A DNA stretch of 62,959 nt, the filler included, from Piptocephalis cylindrospora (Eukaryota), in the NCBI GenBank assembly GCA_003614145.1. It is 12 parts of 12 records of this genome, joined end to end, with 100 filler letters (N's around TTAATTAATTAA, not from the genome) between each part and the next. Parts side by side here need not be neighbours in the genome. Positions count along the whole stretch, not along the records: positions 10,601 to 15,795 come from KZ988423.1; positions 15,896 to 21,089 come from KZ988424.1; positions 21,190 to 26,356 come from KZ988425.1; 9 more parts are not named here. One strand, 5' to 3'. Below, piece by piece: positions 11,894-23,691 of this stretch (position 1 is its first letter; each line of letters starts with the position of its first letter). Made by a program: the position numbers and the translations under genes. The notes below the pieces were generated by a model, which saw only the letters and a program-made list of their open reading frames with translations, was not told where the DNA came from and searched no databases.

Positions 11894-13405
11894 CTACAGT
11901 TTGCTTTTAGGAGCAACTAGGGGTTTGTAAAGGGCACGGGAGAGTGAGTCCTCAGGGACAGAACTGGAATGGACGCTGACCATACGGGCATTAACATGTC
12001 CCGGCTGAATGTCCTGGACGGTGGGGGTACCCATGAGGCGCATCGTCATGATGAGTTCATCCTGAAGGATACGAATAGCGCGAACAACACCATCGGATCC
12101 GTAGGCAGACATGGCGTAGAGGAGGGGGCGGCCAATGCCAACAGCAGTGGCGCCCAGGGCTAGGGCCTTAAAGATGTCAGACCCACGTCGGACGCCTCCA
12201 TCCATGTACAGTTCCATCTGACCGGGGGGGACCCCGGCAGCGGAGAGGGCAGCGACAGATTCGGCGAGTGCTTCAATGCCTGAGGGAGCAGTATCCATCT
12301 GACGCCCCCCATGATTGCTGAGGACAATGCCATCGACGCCGGCATGAGCGGCCTTCACGGCATCCTCCCCGCATTGGATACCCTTGAGGATGATGGGCAT
12401 ACGAGTGATGGAGCGGAACCAAGGAATGTCCTCCCAGGCGAGACCGGGATGGATGAAACTGGAGATGGCGCGGGCAGCTCCTTCATTCCTCCCAGCGGTG
12501 GAGTCATCCTGTTCTTTGGGAGCCTCCTCGATAAACTTCATGCGCATATCCTTTTCCCGACGACCTAATTGAGGGGCATCCACTGTAATGAAGAGACCTT
12601 TGCAGCCACGGTCTTCGGCAGCACGGATGAGCCTAGCGGTATGATCGCGATCCTGAGCGACATAGAGCTGGTAGAACTGGACTTGACCATCGGCGCGTGC
12701 GTCAGTCATCTCCTTCAGGGAGCAGGAGGCCAGAGTAGGGAGCATCTGGGGGATGGCAGTGGTAGCAGCCCCGCGTGTGAGGGCAATTTCTCCATCTGGA
12801 TGACCAAGACGGCCGAGAGCGGTGGCGCTGATGTAAAGGGGAAGGGAGGCGGGGTGACCGAGGATGTGAGTAGAGATGTCGACGTTGAGGACATTGACCA
12901 TGACGCGTGGCCGAAGCCAGATGCGCTGAAAAGCTGCTCGATTATCCCGAAGGCTGATTTCATCATCGGAACCAGAGGAGTAGTAGGCCCAGGCTTCAGG
13001 AGACAAGGCAGTCTGGGCAGCGGATTCAAAATCCATGAGGTTAAAACAGGCCTCAAGTGGAGGGCACTTTGCAATACGAAGTCTCCGTTCCTTCTCTTCG
13101 GGATCCACCTCAGCTGAGGCTTTTCGGGCAGCAGCCGCCTCTGGATCAAGCTGTCCTACACACGCGGATTCCGGGAGTATGTCCACCATGTCCGGTGGGT
13201 GTATGGCGGCAAACGCGGCCGTCCCATCCCGGCCAGCAACCTTGAGGATGACAGCTGCGCCTCCAGGATGTCGGGAGAGAAAATGGGTGAGGTCGTAGAT
13301 GCGATCGTGTAGGATGACCCAACAATCTTCCTTTGTAGCGTGGGAGGCCACATCCTCCATGCTCAGAATGGGGAGGGACGAGGGCTGTTTGGTGAGGTCT
13401 GGCAT
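11894..13405 (-). CDS. CYB2: Flavocytochrome b2 / L-2-hydroxy-acid dehydrogenase (cytochrome b5 + FMN domain), C-terminal SKL
   Basis: b5 domain HPGG; FMN-domain motifs AWAYYSSG, TVDAPQLGRREKD, ILKG, SNHGGRQ and DGGVRRGSD; 503 aa, intronless. Confidence 0.92.
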   Translation of the reverse strand: MPDLTKQPSSLPILSMEDVASHATKEDCWVILHDRIYDLTHFLSRHPGGAAVILKVAGRDGTAAFAAIHPPDMVDILPESACVGQLDPEAAAARKASAEVDPEEKERRLRIAKCPPLEACFNLMDFESAAQTALSPEAWAYYSSGSDDEISLRDNRAAFQRIWLRPRVMVNVLNVDISTHILGHPASLPLYISATALGRLGHPDGEIALTRGAATTAIPQMLPTLASCSLKEMTDARADGQVQFYQLYVAQDRDHTARLIRAAEDRGCKGLFITVDAPQLGRREKDMRMKFIEEAPKEQDDSTAGRNEGAARAISSFIHPGLAWEDIPWFRSITRMPIILKGIQCGEDAVKAAHAGVDGIVLSNHGGRQMDTAPSGIEALAESVAALSAAGVPPGQMELYMDGGVRRGSDIFKALALGATAVGIGRPLLYAMSAYGSDGVVRAIRILQDELIMTMRLMGTPTVQDIQPGHVNARMVSVHSSSVPEDSLSRALYKPLVAPKSKL

Positions 13406-14151
13406 GCTTGGTTTATGTGTTCAGAGTGGTATTGATGACGACGGTAGTGGTGATAAAGAGAATATGACAAGGAGAAGGAAAAGGAAAAGGAGAGGGGAGG
13501 AGAGAAAGTAGATGATGACCGGAAATGAAAGGATCCTGAGATTTAGGATACTTGAAGACTGTGTGGGGTAAGCGGGGGGAAGGATCAGGCGGTTCCGGCG
13601 GATGTACGTGTGTGACTTGGTTGGACAAGTGGCCTAAAAGGGCGTAGTATGCTCCTATGCGTATGATGACCTGTGTCTAGAGCAAGGCTTACCATGACGG
13701 AGAGCAGGTGAGACATGGTAGACATAGATATAGAGAGAGACTTGGAGCAAAAAGGTGCAGTACCAACATGATGCGAACGGACTTATAGTTACAGCGCCCG
13801 GCACGGCTATCCCTTCACTTTAACCAATCAACTTCCTTTGCCCACGCCGTTAAATGGAAAGGTGGAGATGGAGAGAATATAACGAATTATGCCTACCATT
13901 CTCTCGCGAATAGAGAAGGCTCGAATTGGAGATCAGATCAGATTTGATCAAGACAAGAGATATTGTTTACTTTTTTTTAGTCTGATCCAGGTTGAATATC
14001 TGTTGAAAAGTCTTGTTCTTAAAGTGTATCAATCCCACATTTGGGTCGAATTTTTACGATGAAAATTATCAATGTATTAACATGACTTTATGAATAGGAT
14101 CAATGCCGCCTAGGTGCAAAAGGGAATATGCGATATGGATAATTACTTAAT

Positions 14152-14769
14152 TCAAGGCATCGTGCCCTTGGAGGGATGTGGGAAACAGCATGGCGAGGCC
14201 AGCGGGATGGTGACGAGAAGCAGCGGATGGGATGCTAGATGGCAATGGGAGAATGCAGGGAGGGGTTAAAAGGAGAATGGGGGTAGTAAGGACGGTGGTC
14301 CGGGAGGTATACGCGAAGATGATGGGAGAGATGTATGAAAGGATCTGGCTGAGGAGATGTAGAAAGCAGATTGAAAAGGAGAGGCGGAACGGTATCAGGA
14401 AGGCGTGGGGACAGAGGAGAAAAGGAAATGAGCTGGACCCTGGGAGACTGGAAGCATCAAGGCAAGAGCAGGGAAATGACGGGCATCAGGGGAGGAGGGT
14501 GGGTGTGCCGTCTTTGGGGGAGGATGGTGTGCCCATCCAAATCCCTAGTTTCCCTAAATGGACCGAGCAATCCTCGTGGTGGCGGATATTTGCCCAGGTG
14601 ACAGTAGGTTTCAGGTGTCTGTAGTGCCCATGAGGACTTGAGTATAGGGCACACGTCGGGGACATAGTCCCTGGTACCACGCATGCTGGCCTATTTGGGC
14701 GAGTTATGTGTTCGGATGCCTAGCAGCCTACCCCACTGAAGGAAAATATAAAGGTTTTATCAATCAATC
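14152..14769 (+). mobile_element. 5'-truncated, degenerate non-LTR retrotransposon with (ATCA)n tail
   Basis: Flanked by direct repeat AATTACTTAAT (14141-14151 and 14770-14780); ends TTTATCAATCAATCA; frameshifted peptide LIQGIVP…MYERIWLRRCRKQIEKERRNGIRK resembles a LINE ORF2 C-terminus. Confidence 0.65.
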
Positions 14770-15795
14770 AATTACTTAATCCAAGCGCTATATGTATGTT
14801 GATATCAGAAGTATAGCAAGAGAGCGTTATGCGATACGCTCATGAACGTGCAGAGTATTCCCCTTGAAAGGACGGGTTGACATTCACTGATGATTAAAGT
14901 GTGATGAAAGACCTATAGAATATGCATTCAAGTACCATTATTTAAGTATATGAGCCTTCACTAAAGACAAGGAAGATGCGATAGGATTGCGAGGAAGCTC
15001 TTACCTCTTCAAGATGGATTTGTGAACATTTGAAAAAAGGCGCCATTTTGGAGCTTCTCAATATGTTCTCTTTGTTTATGGTTATCGTTAATAGGCGTGA
15101 TTTACCCGGGTCTAGGAAAGGGATTACAGGGTTCATAAAAATGCTACTTCTATGATGATGTAGAGTGGGATGTAAACATAGACATGTTAATCTAGCTGAG
15201 TAGGTAAGAGAGGACTAGCGGGGGAGTAGCCAGGCCAGGAACCCCAACCGCAAGACATCAAGCTCAAGAAGCAGCAACAGATAAAGGGCACAAAACGTGG
15301 TTCCTCCTTCCCTTGGGAAGCTCGGCTCTCAGTACCCTGTAGCGCATTCTCTTACCTCATACTCTCACGCAGATCCATCCTCATCTGGGTTTATTGAGAA
15401 GATTGGTTAGTTCAACTTCTCGAAACAATTTTATTCTTAAAATTCTCCCCCCCCCCTTCTTCTGGTGCGCTTTCATTGGATTCGCCCTCTCCTCGACCCC
15501 ATCGAAACATCCTTGGTGACACGATCTGTTTGAAGACATAATGGTCCTACAGTGTAATTTTATTGAGGGTGATGATAGGATGGTGAACCGAGGGAAGGTC
15601 AGTGATGCTGGACTGGTGAATGCCTCAGAGTCCACCCTTTAGACGAGGAAGGGATGGGCAAATAAATGAAATATTGCTGAGTCATCTCTTAGAGATCCCC
15701 CCCTAACATATGAAGAAGAACGAATAAATCTGACTGGTCACCCAAGTGTGGGAAGGGACAGAATGGCACACTCCTGATACGGGGGGCCAAAATGA

Positions 15796-15895
15796 NNNNN
15801 NNNNNNNNNNNNNNNNNNNNNNNNNNNNNNNNNNNNNNNTTAATTAATTAANNNNNNNNNNNNNNNNNNNNNNNNNNNNNNNNNNNNNNNNNNNN
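15796..15895. other. Artificial contig linker
   Basis: 44N-TTAATTAATTAA-44N. Confidence 0.99.
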
Positions 15896-17354
15896 ATCTT
15901 GCCTATCAAGGGAGCGGGATGAAAGTGCCGTAGATGTATAGATCGTAGATTTTTGATCAGCTTTTCCTTGTCCACTCCTAAGATCTCAAGGGTACGACAA
16001 AAATGGGATGGAAATGGGGCAGTGATCTCGATGGGTTTTTGTGGGCATCCATCCTGAATGACCTGATCCGGATCCTCGCCTTCACGATTCCTATCCTGGG
16101 AAGGCATCGGTAAAGAAGGGATGGAAAGATGAAGGAGATGAAGATGCATCTTGTCGGCCTGATCCAGGCCATGGGACTTGAGAATGGCCATGGAAGGAAA
16201 TTTTTTAGGTGTGTACTTGAGGTCCCCAAGGATGGGAATTCCAATGGCATCGGCACAATGAACTCGTAATTGATGCTTTCTCCCGGTCAGAGGAGACAGA
16301 GCAAGGATGGCCCATCGGAGACCTCGATGTTGCCCAATACGGACACATTGGAAGGATGTTGTGGCTTCTTGCTTCCCCTCTGGATCCAAGAACACCCTAG
16401 GCCTCTTATTCTCCTCCGCAGGAAGGGCCAAGGGAGTGTCAATAACTCCAGATATGGTGCTTTTCTCCAGAATCATCTCTGGTGGGATTATGTGGATAGA
16501 TGCGTACTAAGAACAGAGGAGTGGATGAGTGGTTCATCTGAGGACGCCTGAGCCTCTTAATGGCCCTACCAACTTTTCAATCCTTTCTCCGGGAATGGGG
16601 TTCCGGCGACGAAAGAGGCTAGTGAGTTCAACGGCGCTCCGACGATCCTTTGCAAGAATCAGGGCACCAGTAGTGAACATATCCAATCGGTGCACTAGAC
16701 GAAGATCCCCAGGCTCCCAAATCAGACCCGTGGAAATGCGTAGGGCCTGGTCAATGCTCGGGAGATTCGGAGAACTATGGCCTCCTTGGCACGGGATTCC
16801 ATATGGTTTATTGATCACGGTAATCCGGGAGTCTACGTACAGCTCCGCCTTTTTCAGAGCTTCCCGTAGAAGCAGGGTACTGGGGGAGAGGGCGATATTT
16901 TTAGGCCGGGATTCACGTGGATGGGCCTTGGCAAAGGATATGTTCATACGATCACCCGTTTGGACGAGTACTTTTCCCTGGAGCTTGCCAACGGGTACAT
17001 CCGGATTGACTGCCTTTTCGTACTTGACCTGATTGGGGAAAATGTAAGGTCAGGATGAAATGGATCTCTTTCCCTGTCCATCATATTCAGTAAGCGCAAA
17101 CATACCTGATTTTGCCGAATTAACCGATGAATCAAGGTAGTCGGAACGTGGGTCTGCAGTCTTAGGTATTTGTCCAGTCTCATACCATTATGTTCCTCCG
17201 TGACGGTAAAGACTTTTGGAGGTATTCTGGCTATCTTTTGAAAGGTAGTCTTTTTGGCCTGCTGCCTAATAAGAGTTCAGCAAAGGATGAGATGAGTTTA
17301 CTCACTGAATAGCAAAACACGCGCTGCTTACATTGCCTTCCTAGACATGAACAT
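15896..17354 (-). CDS. RluA/RluC-family pseudouridine synthase with S4-like N-terminus (no stop before contig end)
   Basis: MRLDKYL (S4-like), INKPYGIPCQGG, catalytic VHRLDMFTTG, TGRKHQLRVH and PILGDLKY; multi-exon; start codon inferred. Confidence 0.85.
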
Positions 17355-19217
17355 GGCCAGAGAGAAGACGAGGGAGGGGAAGGAGTTCTAAATCTAGAGA
17401 GGGATGGCGAGAACAGACATGCACAGGTGTCGGTGTAAGAAGATAAATGCCCTGGCTCTTGAGGAGTGAATAGGAATGTTTATATTGGTTTTATTTTGCG
17501 CCGACTTGGTGTATGCTATGGAATGAATAGTATGGCATGGATGCTAGGAAGGGAATGTATGTGCTTTGACCAGCTTACATACCAGGATGCATTATGGATT
17601 GAGATTCTCTTGAAGATCGCGTCATGTATTTTGTGGGGCCATTGACTCGATAGGAGCCAAGGCCCATTGGAATCTTCGTCTTCCTAATACACTCGAGTAG
17701 ACATGTAAAAGGAGAAGTGGGCAGAAGAGACCTTTATTGCACAGTCGTAACCTCTCCTCACACCAGCACACACCACATATCCCAGAGTCTGGCACCAGTC
17801 TAGTGCCGGTCTCCATAGGGGTGACCAAAGGTTACCACATATTTAATAATAATATTTATTTAGGATAGTTTAATCAGGATCAATGGGATCAAAAGAAGGT
17901 AGAGTATGAGGATTTAAAATCAGAATTTACAAGAAGGTATACACTATTCCCTTGTAAAGTCGCTCTCTCACTTTCATCCCTATCCTGAGCCGACATAATT
18001 GAGCACAGCATATTCTCAGGCGTGCATACATACTTATTTCCCAATCATGACATTGCTCACATCGAATGCTTGTTCAGTAAAAGCGTGCAAAGCTACGGTT
18101 TTAGTATCGTCACTCAAAGCTCTCAAGTAAGCGCTTGAATGATGCTTTATCTTATCATCGTCATCTCGTGCGGTATACATGTGATCTATTCCACCGAGGG
18201 AATGAGTTGGCGTGACCCTTGGGAATAAATCAAAACGATGTATCATTCTCTACTGCTGATCGACTGTGACCTTCATGACCAAAGTCAAGTTATGTTTCTT
18301 ATGACAAATCGTCCTTGAGAGAAGCAAAGATGAGAAAGCCCAAGGAGCCGCTCTATATGGCCTCCTCCGTCTGGATGACGACCATGTGCATTGTAGTGCA
18401 CACCTGAGTGAGAGTCCTCATAAGCTATCTCTTCACCTCGACCACCCTTCAACCAAACGTGCACCATCTCCTGGCTATTCATTTGGTATCTGAGGAATCT
18501 TGTAGAGATACAAGGGCGAGGCAATGTCCCTAAAATTCTTAATTGTCGTTTCACACACACACACACATACACATACACCACACATTTTGCCAATGAGTGG
18601 GTTGAAAGATAAAGGCCAGTGAAGAGATGTGCCACATATACAGCAATAATAAGCCTCATGTTCCCTGCTGGAATGGAAGTGTCTAGGGCTACCCTTTACG
18701 GCCCCACATTCTGTGGGAGCTTTAATCATTATCATCATGATTGAGACAATGGGGTGTTGCGCTGCTCGTGTCCCGGCTGATTTGACTAAGCGGGTATACC
18801 CGAATAGGTTTACCTGTTTATCTCCTAGATAGGCCTTGGGATTGACCGCCCCATCTAGTGTTCGTCCTTTCAAACATGTTACTGGTACTGATATTCGCCG
18901 CTGCCAAACCTTTCGTGTGCCTGGCATATCACTCATATGCAACCCCACCCCCTTTTGCCCTGCAGTAAAGTGAGGTGAGGGGCACGTAAGCAATGCACAC
19001 AGTCTTTCCTTCACTGACACTAAATCAGAAAAGGGTTACTTACCCAAGATATAGATGGGGGGAGAATCTGGGACTGATTTGGTTTATGTGTGGGGGACAG
19101 CGCGTGTCGCTCCTTCCATCATAGATACGCCAACAGCTGAGGCTCTGGCCTCATCAACACACACTCTCATTCAACCCTTCATCCACACACACACATCATG
19201 ACGTTCCCAATCCATGA

Positions 19218-20408
<1,191 letters not shown>

Positions 20409-20732
20409 ATCCGCGCCTGCCTTACCCTCTCTCGCCTTGGTGACCCCTCCCCCCCCCCTGCCAAGAAAAAAGGTGTGATTTGAGATGGGGTGTGTGCTAA
20501 AGGGAAAGTGAGATATTGAAGTTGGGAGGCCTCAAAGGGATCTCTCTTGATCTCCTTTTTCTTTTAAATGAGTTCCATCTTGCACTGAATGAAAACAAAT
20601 CAGTGTTGTCTGTTGCTACCTATGAATCGATTAAAGTGTGCTATCCCTCATAGTACAACCTCTCTCCTCCCCTTCTTCCACCATGTCAAATCCACAATTC
20701 AAAGATGATCTAGTGTAGCCATCCTCACATTC

Positions 20733-21089
20733 TCACTCATCATCAAAGGTAATCTTGGTACCAGTGAACGGGACCACAGCTGCACTTGCCCTCTCAGGTC
20801 CGGGAGGAGGGCCAGTAGGCGCGGAAGAGGGTCCACTCTTGAATGACCGTGGTCCAGATCCAACGCCCTGATGCCTTTCCCGACGTCGTGCCCTTCGACC
20901 TCCTCCACCACCTCCCTCTGCCTCATGATCCTCACCTTCGTCCTCGGGATAATCCCGCTTACGAGATTCCGCCTTTTGGGTATTCAGACCCTTGGGGTCG
21001 TGAATCCACGGGGCACCCCTCCTAGCGGCCTCTGCACTTCCAAATTCCACACGGAGCTTCCGGCCATCCAGGAGGATCGGCTTCCTCTG
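20733..21089 (-). CDS. Nucleolar RRM protein (Nop13-like), 3' fragment
   Basis: End of an RRM (LDGRKLRVEFG) and the C-terminal motif AVVPFTGTKITFDDE*; 5' cut by contig edge. Confidence 0.6.
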   Translation of the reverse strand, partial: QRKPILLDGRKLRVEFGSAEAARRGAPWIHDPKGLNTQKAESRKRDYPEDEGEDHEAEGGGGGGRRARRRERHQGVGSGPRSFKSGPSSAPTGPPPGPERASAAVVPFTGTKITFDDE

Positions 21090-21189
21090 NNNNNNNNNNN
21101 NNNNNNNNNNNNNNNNNNNNNNNNNNNNNNNNNTTAATTAATTAANNNNNNNNNNNNNNNNNNNNNNNNNNNNNNNNNNNNNNNNNNNN
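21090..21189. other. Artificial contig linker
   Basis: 44N-TTAATTAATTAA-44N. Confidence 0.99.
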
Positions 21190-21228
21190 AAGAAGACAAG
21201 GTGATTCTAGGGGCGGAGACTTGGAGTA

Positions 21229-21380
21229 CTTGAACAAGGATCGGGCTGAAGTTCTCATGTAGAATAAGGATAATGTTGCATGGGGCTCAAGGGTGTCCTT
21301 GCCCTTTGTAGTGCATGGTTAAGGGAGGGACGGGGTCATGATAAGCACTCCTTTGTGCATAGTAGGCGCTACCCAACAAT
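21229..21380. repeat. 152-bp segment identical to both ends of the last contig
   Basis: Matches 57856-58007 directly and 62808-62959 in reverse complement. Confidence 0.9.
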
Positions 21381-22312
21381 GATCATGCTTAGCCTGATCA
21401 CGCTTTATTGGACCTAATCCCGTCAAATTCAAATTTGGAGCTGGAATTGTAGACCGTCTGCTCGTCTGATAGTTTATATAAAAGCAAGCAATATGCTGCT
21501 GTATCTTCATCAAGCTCAGACCTGATCAGAGGGAGAAAGGCTGACAGTAATGTATTCGGCCATCAAAAGACTTGGCACCGCACCCTACATACACAAGAAA
21601 GCGCAAAAGGAAGCGGTTCAGTGGGGGAAACAACCGTGTGGAGCACTGATAGGGGGGACCCATCTCCACACACCTCCATCTCTCCCTCGCTCACCTGACC
21701 AGAGGGGGTTCATAGGTGTGGCTTTCAGTTCCGCTACTAGGGCATGTGCTAAAGGCCCCGGGCGGGGCGACACGTCGGCCCATCTTCCGTCTTCGCACGC
21801 ACACAGCATCACCCTCATGCTGACTTTCGCCAACTCCTCCCTGGTCCGCTACAACCGTCTGCGTCACATCACACACTGGCCCCCGCCCGTATACTGAGGA
21901 CTATACTGAGGGTGAAGGGATGGGAGGGACGGGGAGGGACGGGTATAAAGAGGGACCTGAATCACGCTGAACACACATGGGCCTTACACCCTTCTACTTT
22001 ACCTTCCTCTTTCCTCCCTCCCTCACTCTCCACCCGCCCACTCATCCTCTTACCCACCCCCTTCCCTACCTCCTTCCCCTTTCCCTACCTGCTGCCCCTC
22101 TCCACCCTATCTATCTATCCAGTCACCCACCCCACCTCCCCTGCTTCCCCTCACCCATATCCTTGCTTACCGTGCATAGTATAACCAGCTCTCCTTTTTC
22201 CATAGCCTTGTCCCCTCGTGTTGATCTTTCACTCTTCTCCCATCTCTTTCCGTCGCTCCTTTTTTGCTTCACCCTTCCAACCCACCCCCTTTCACCCATC
22301 CATTGACTGACT

Positions 22313-23443
22313 ATGCGCTCACTCTCTCTGCTTGCCTTGGTGGCCTCTTTTGTCCTCTGGTCCCCGGGATGCCTGGCCTTCCAACAAATGACGCTTTCAG
22401 AGAACCCCAAGGAGGTTCGTCTCATCCAGACCGCTGCGGATCAGGAGCCTCAGTCCATGACCCAGGCTGGGATTGACCGGCTCATCCGTCACAAGATCCA
22501 TTTTATGGACGTAACCGACACCGTGGCTGACAAGGAATTTCTATCCCTTTCCGCTTCTGCCATCGCCTCTCCCGCTCTTCCCAAGACCCTACGTATGGTG
22601 GGTGATGTTGAAGGGGTCATTGCTACCCTGGATACTAGCCTGATGGAGAAGACACTCAAGGAACTCACCTCTTTTAAGACTCGCTACTACCGCTCTAAGA
22701 CCGGGAAGCAATCTCAGGAATATCTTCTGGACACTATCCAGGGCCTCGTGGACTCCCCTACCTCCAAGGCCAACGTCACTGTCCGGACCTTTGACCATTC
22801 TTGGCCCCAATCATCCATTCTGGCCCGGTTCGAGGGCTCAGAGGTTCCAGAGGAGACCGTCATCGTTGGTGCCCACCAGGATAGCGTCAACATGTGGCTT
22901 CCCTCCTTTGGTCGGTCCCCTGGAGCTGACGACGATGGTTCCGGTACCGTCACCATCCTTGAGGCCTTCCGTGCCCTCCTCAAGCTAGGTTTTCGCCCCA
23001 AGCGTAGCGTCGAGTTTCACTGGTACGCCGCCGAGGAAGCCGGTCTCCTCGGATCTCAGGCCGTCTCCAAGGCCTACCGCAAGGATGGGAGGAAAATCGT
23101 AGGCATGCTCCAGAATGATATGACCGGCTTCACCAAGGGCAAGGAGGAGATTGGCATTGTTACCGACTTTACTGATCCTGATCTCACTCATCTTCTCGAG
23201 TCTCTCGTGGATCAGTACGCCTCAATCCCCTACAGGGAGTTTACCTGTGGCTACGGATGCTCTGATCACGCTAGCTGGAACAAGGCCGGCTACCGCTCAG
23301 CCTTCCACTTTGAGAGTGCTTCCCTTGAGGATAACCCCAATGTCCACACCACTCGGGACGAGTATGGTACCATTAACTTTTCCCATGCCCTCGAGTATGC
23401 CAAGGTTGCCGTCGGCTTTGCCATGGAGCTTTCCGAGCCCTGA
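22313..23443 (+). CDS. LAP1: Secreted leucine aminopeptidase (peptidase M28)
   Basis: Signal peptide; Zn ligands in GAHQDS, GADDDGSG, AEEAGLLGS, QNDM and CSDHASW, plus VHT. Confidence 0.92.
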   Translation: MRSLSLLALVASFVLWSPGCLAFQQMTLSENPKEVRLIQTAADQEPQSMTQAGIDRLIRHKIHFMDVTDTVADKEFLSLSASAIASPALPKTLRMVGDVEGVIATLDTSLMEKTLKELTSFKTRYYRSKTGKQSQEYLLDTIQGLVDSPTSKANVTVRTFDHSWPQSSILARFEGSEVPEETVIVGAHQDSVNMWLPSFGRSPGADDDGSGTVTILEAFRALLKLGFRPKRSVEFHWYAAEEAGLLGSQAVSKAYRKDGRKIVGMLQNDMTGFTKGKEEIGIVTDFTDPDLTHLLESLVDQYASIPYREFTCGYGCSDHASWNKAGYRSAFHFESASLEDNPNVHTTRDEYGTINFSHALEYAKVAVGFAMELSEP

Positions 23444-23691
23444 TGAGTAAACCCATCTATGATTCATGTGTGTGCGTTCCTGGGGATATTGAATGAATTT
23501 TCTTGCTCTCGTTCTCCAACATGCCTTATTACAATATCCAAGTACTATGGGAGGTCCACATGGATAATTAAAAAAATGAAACTCATTTTTTGTGTTATGA
23601 TTTATATATGCCAAGTAGCCCCATTCAAGAATGCCAGGCAAAATCTCTCATTTCATGACGATAAGGAGGCAGTGCCAATTTACAGGCCCTA

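Noticed and set aside
17600..19020. Short intergenic ORFs (also 14942-15635, 25606-26217, 47505-49020, 51897-52537)
   Set aside because: No domains, codon bias or consistent splice structure that I could recognise.
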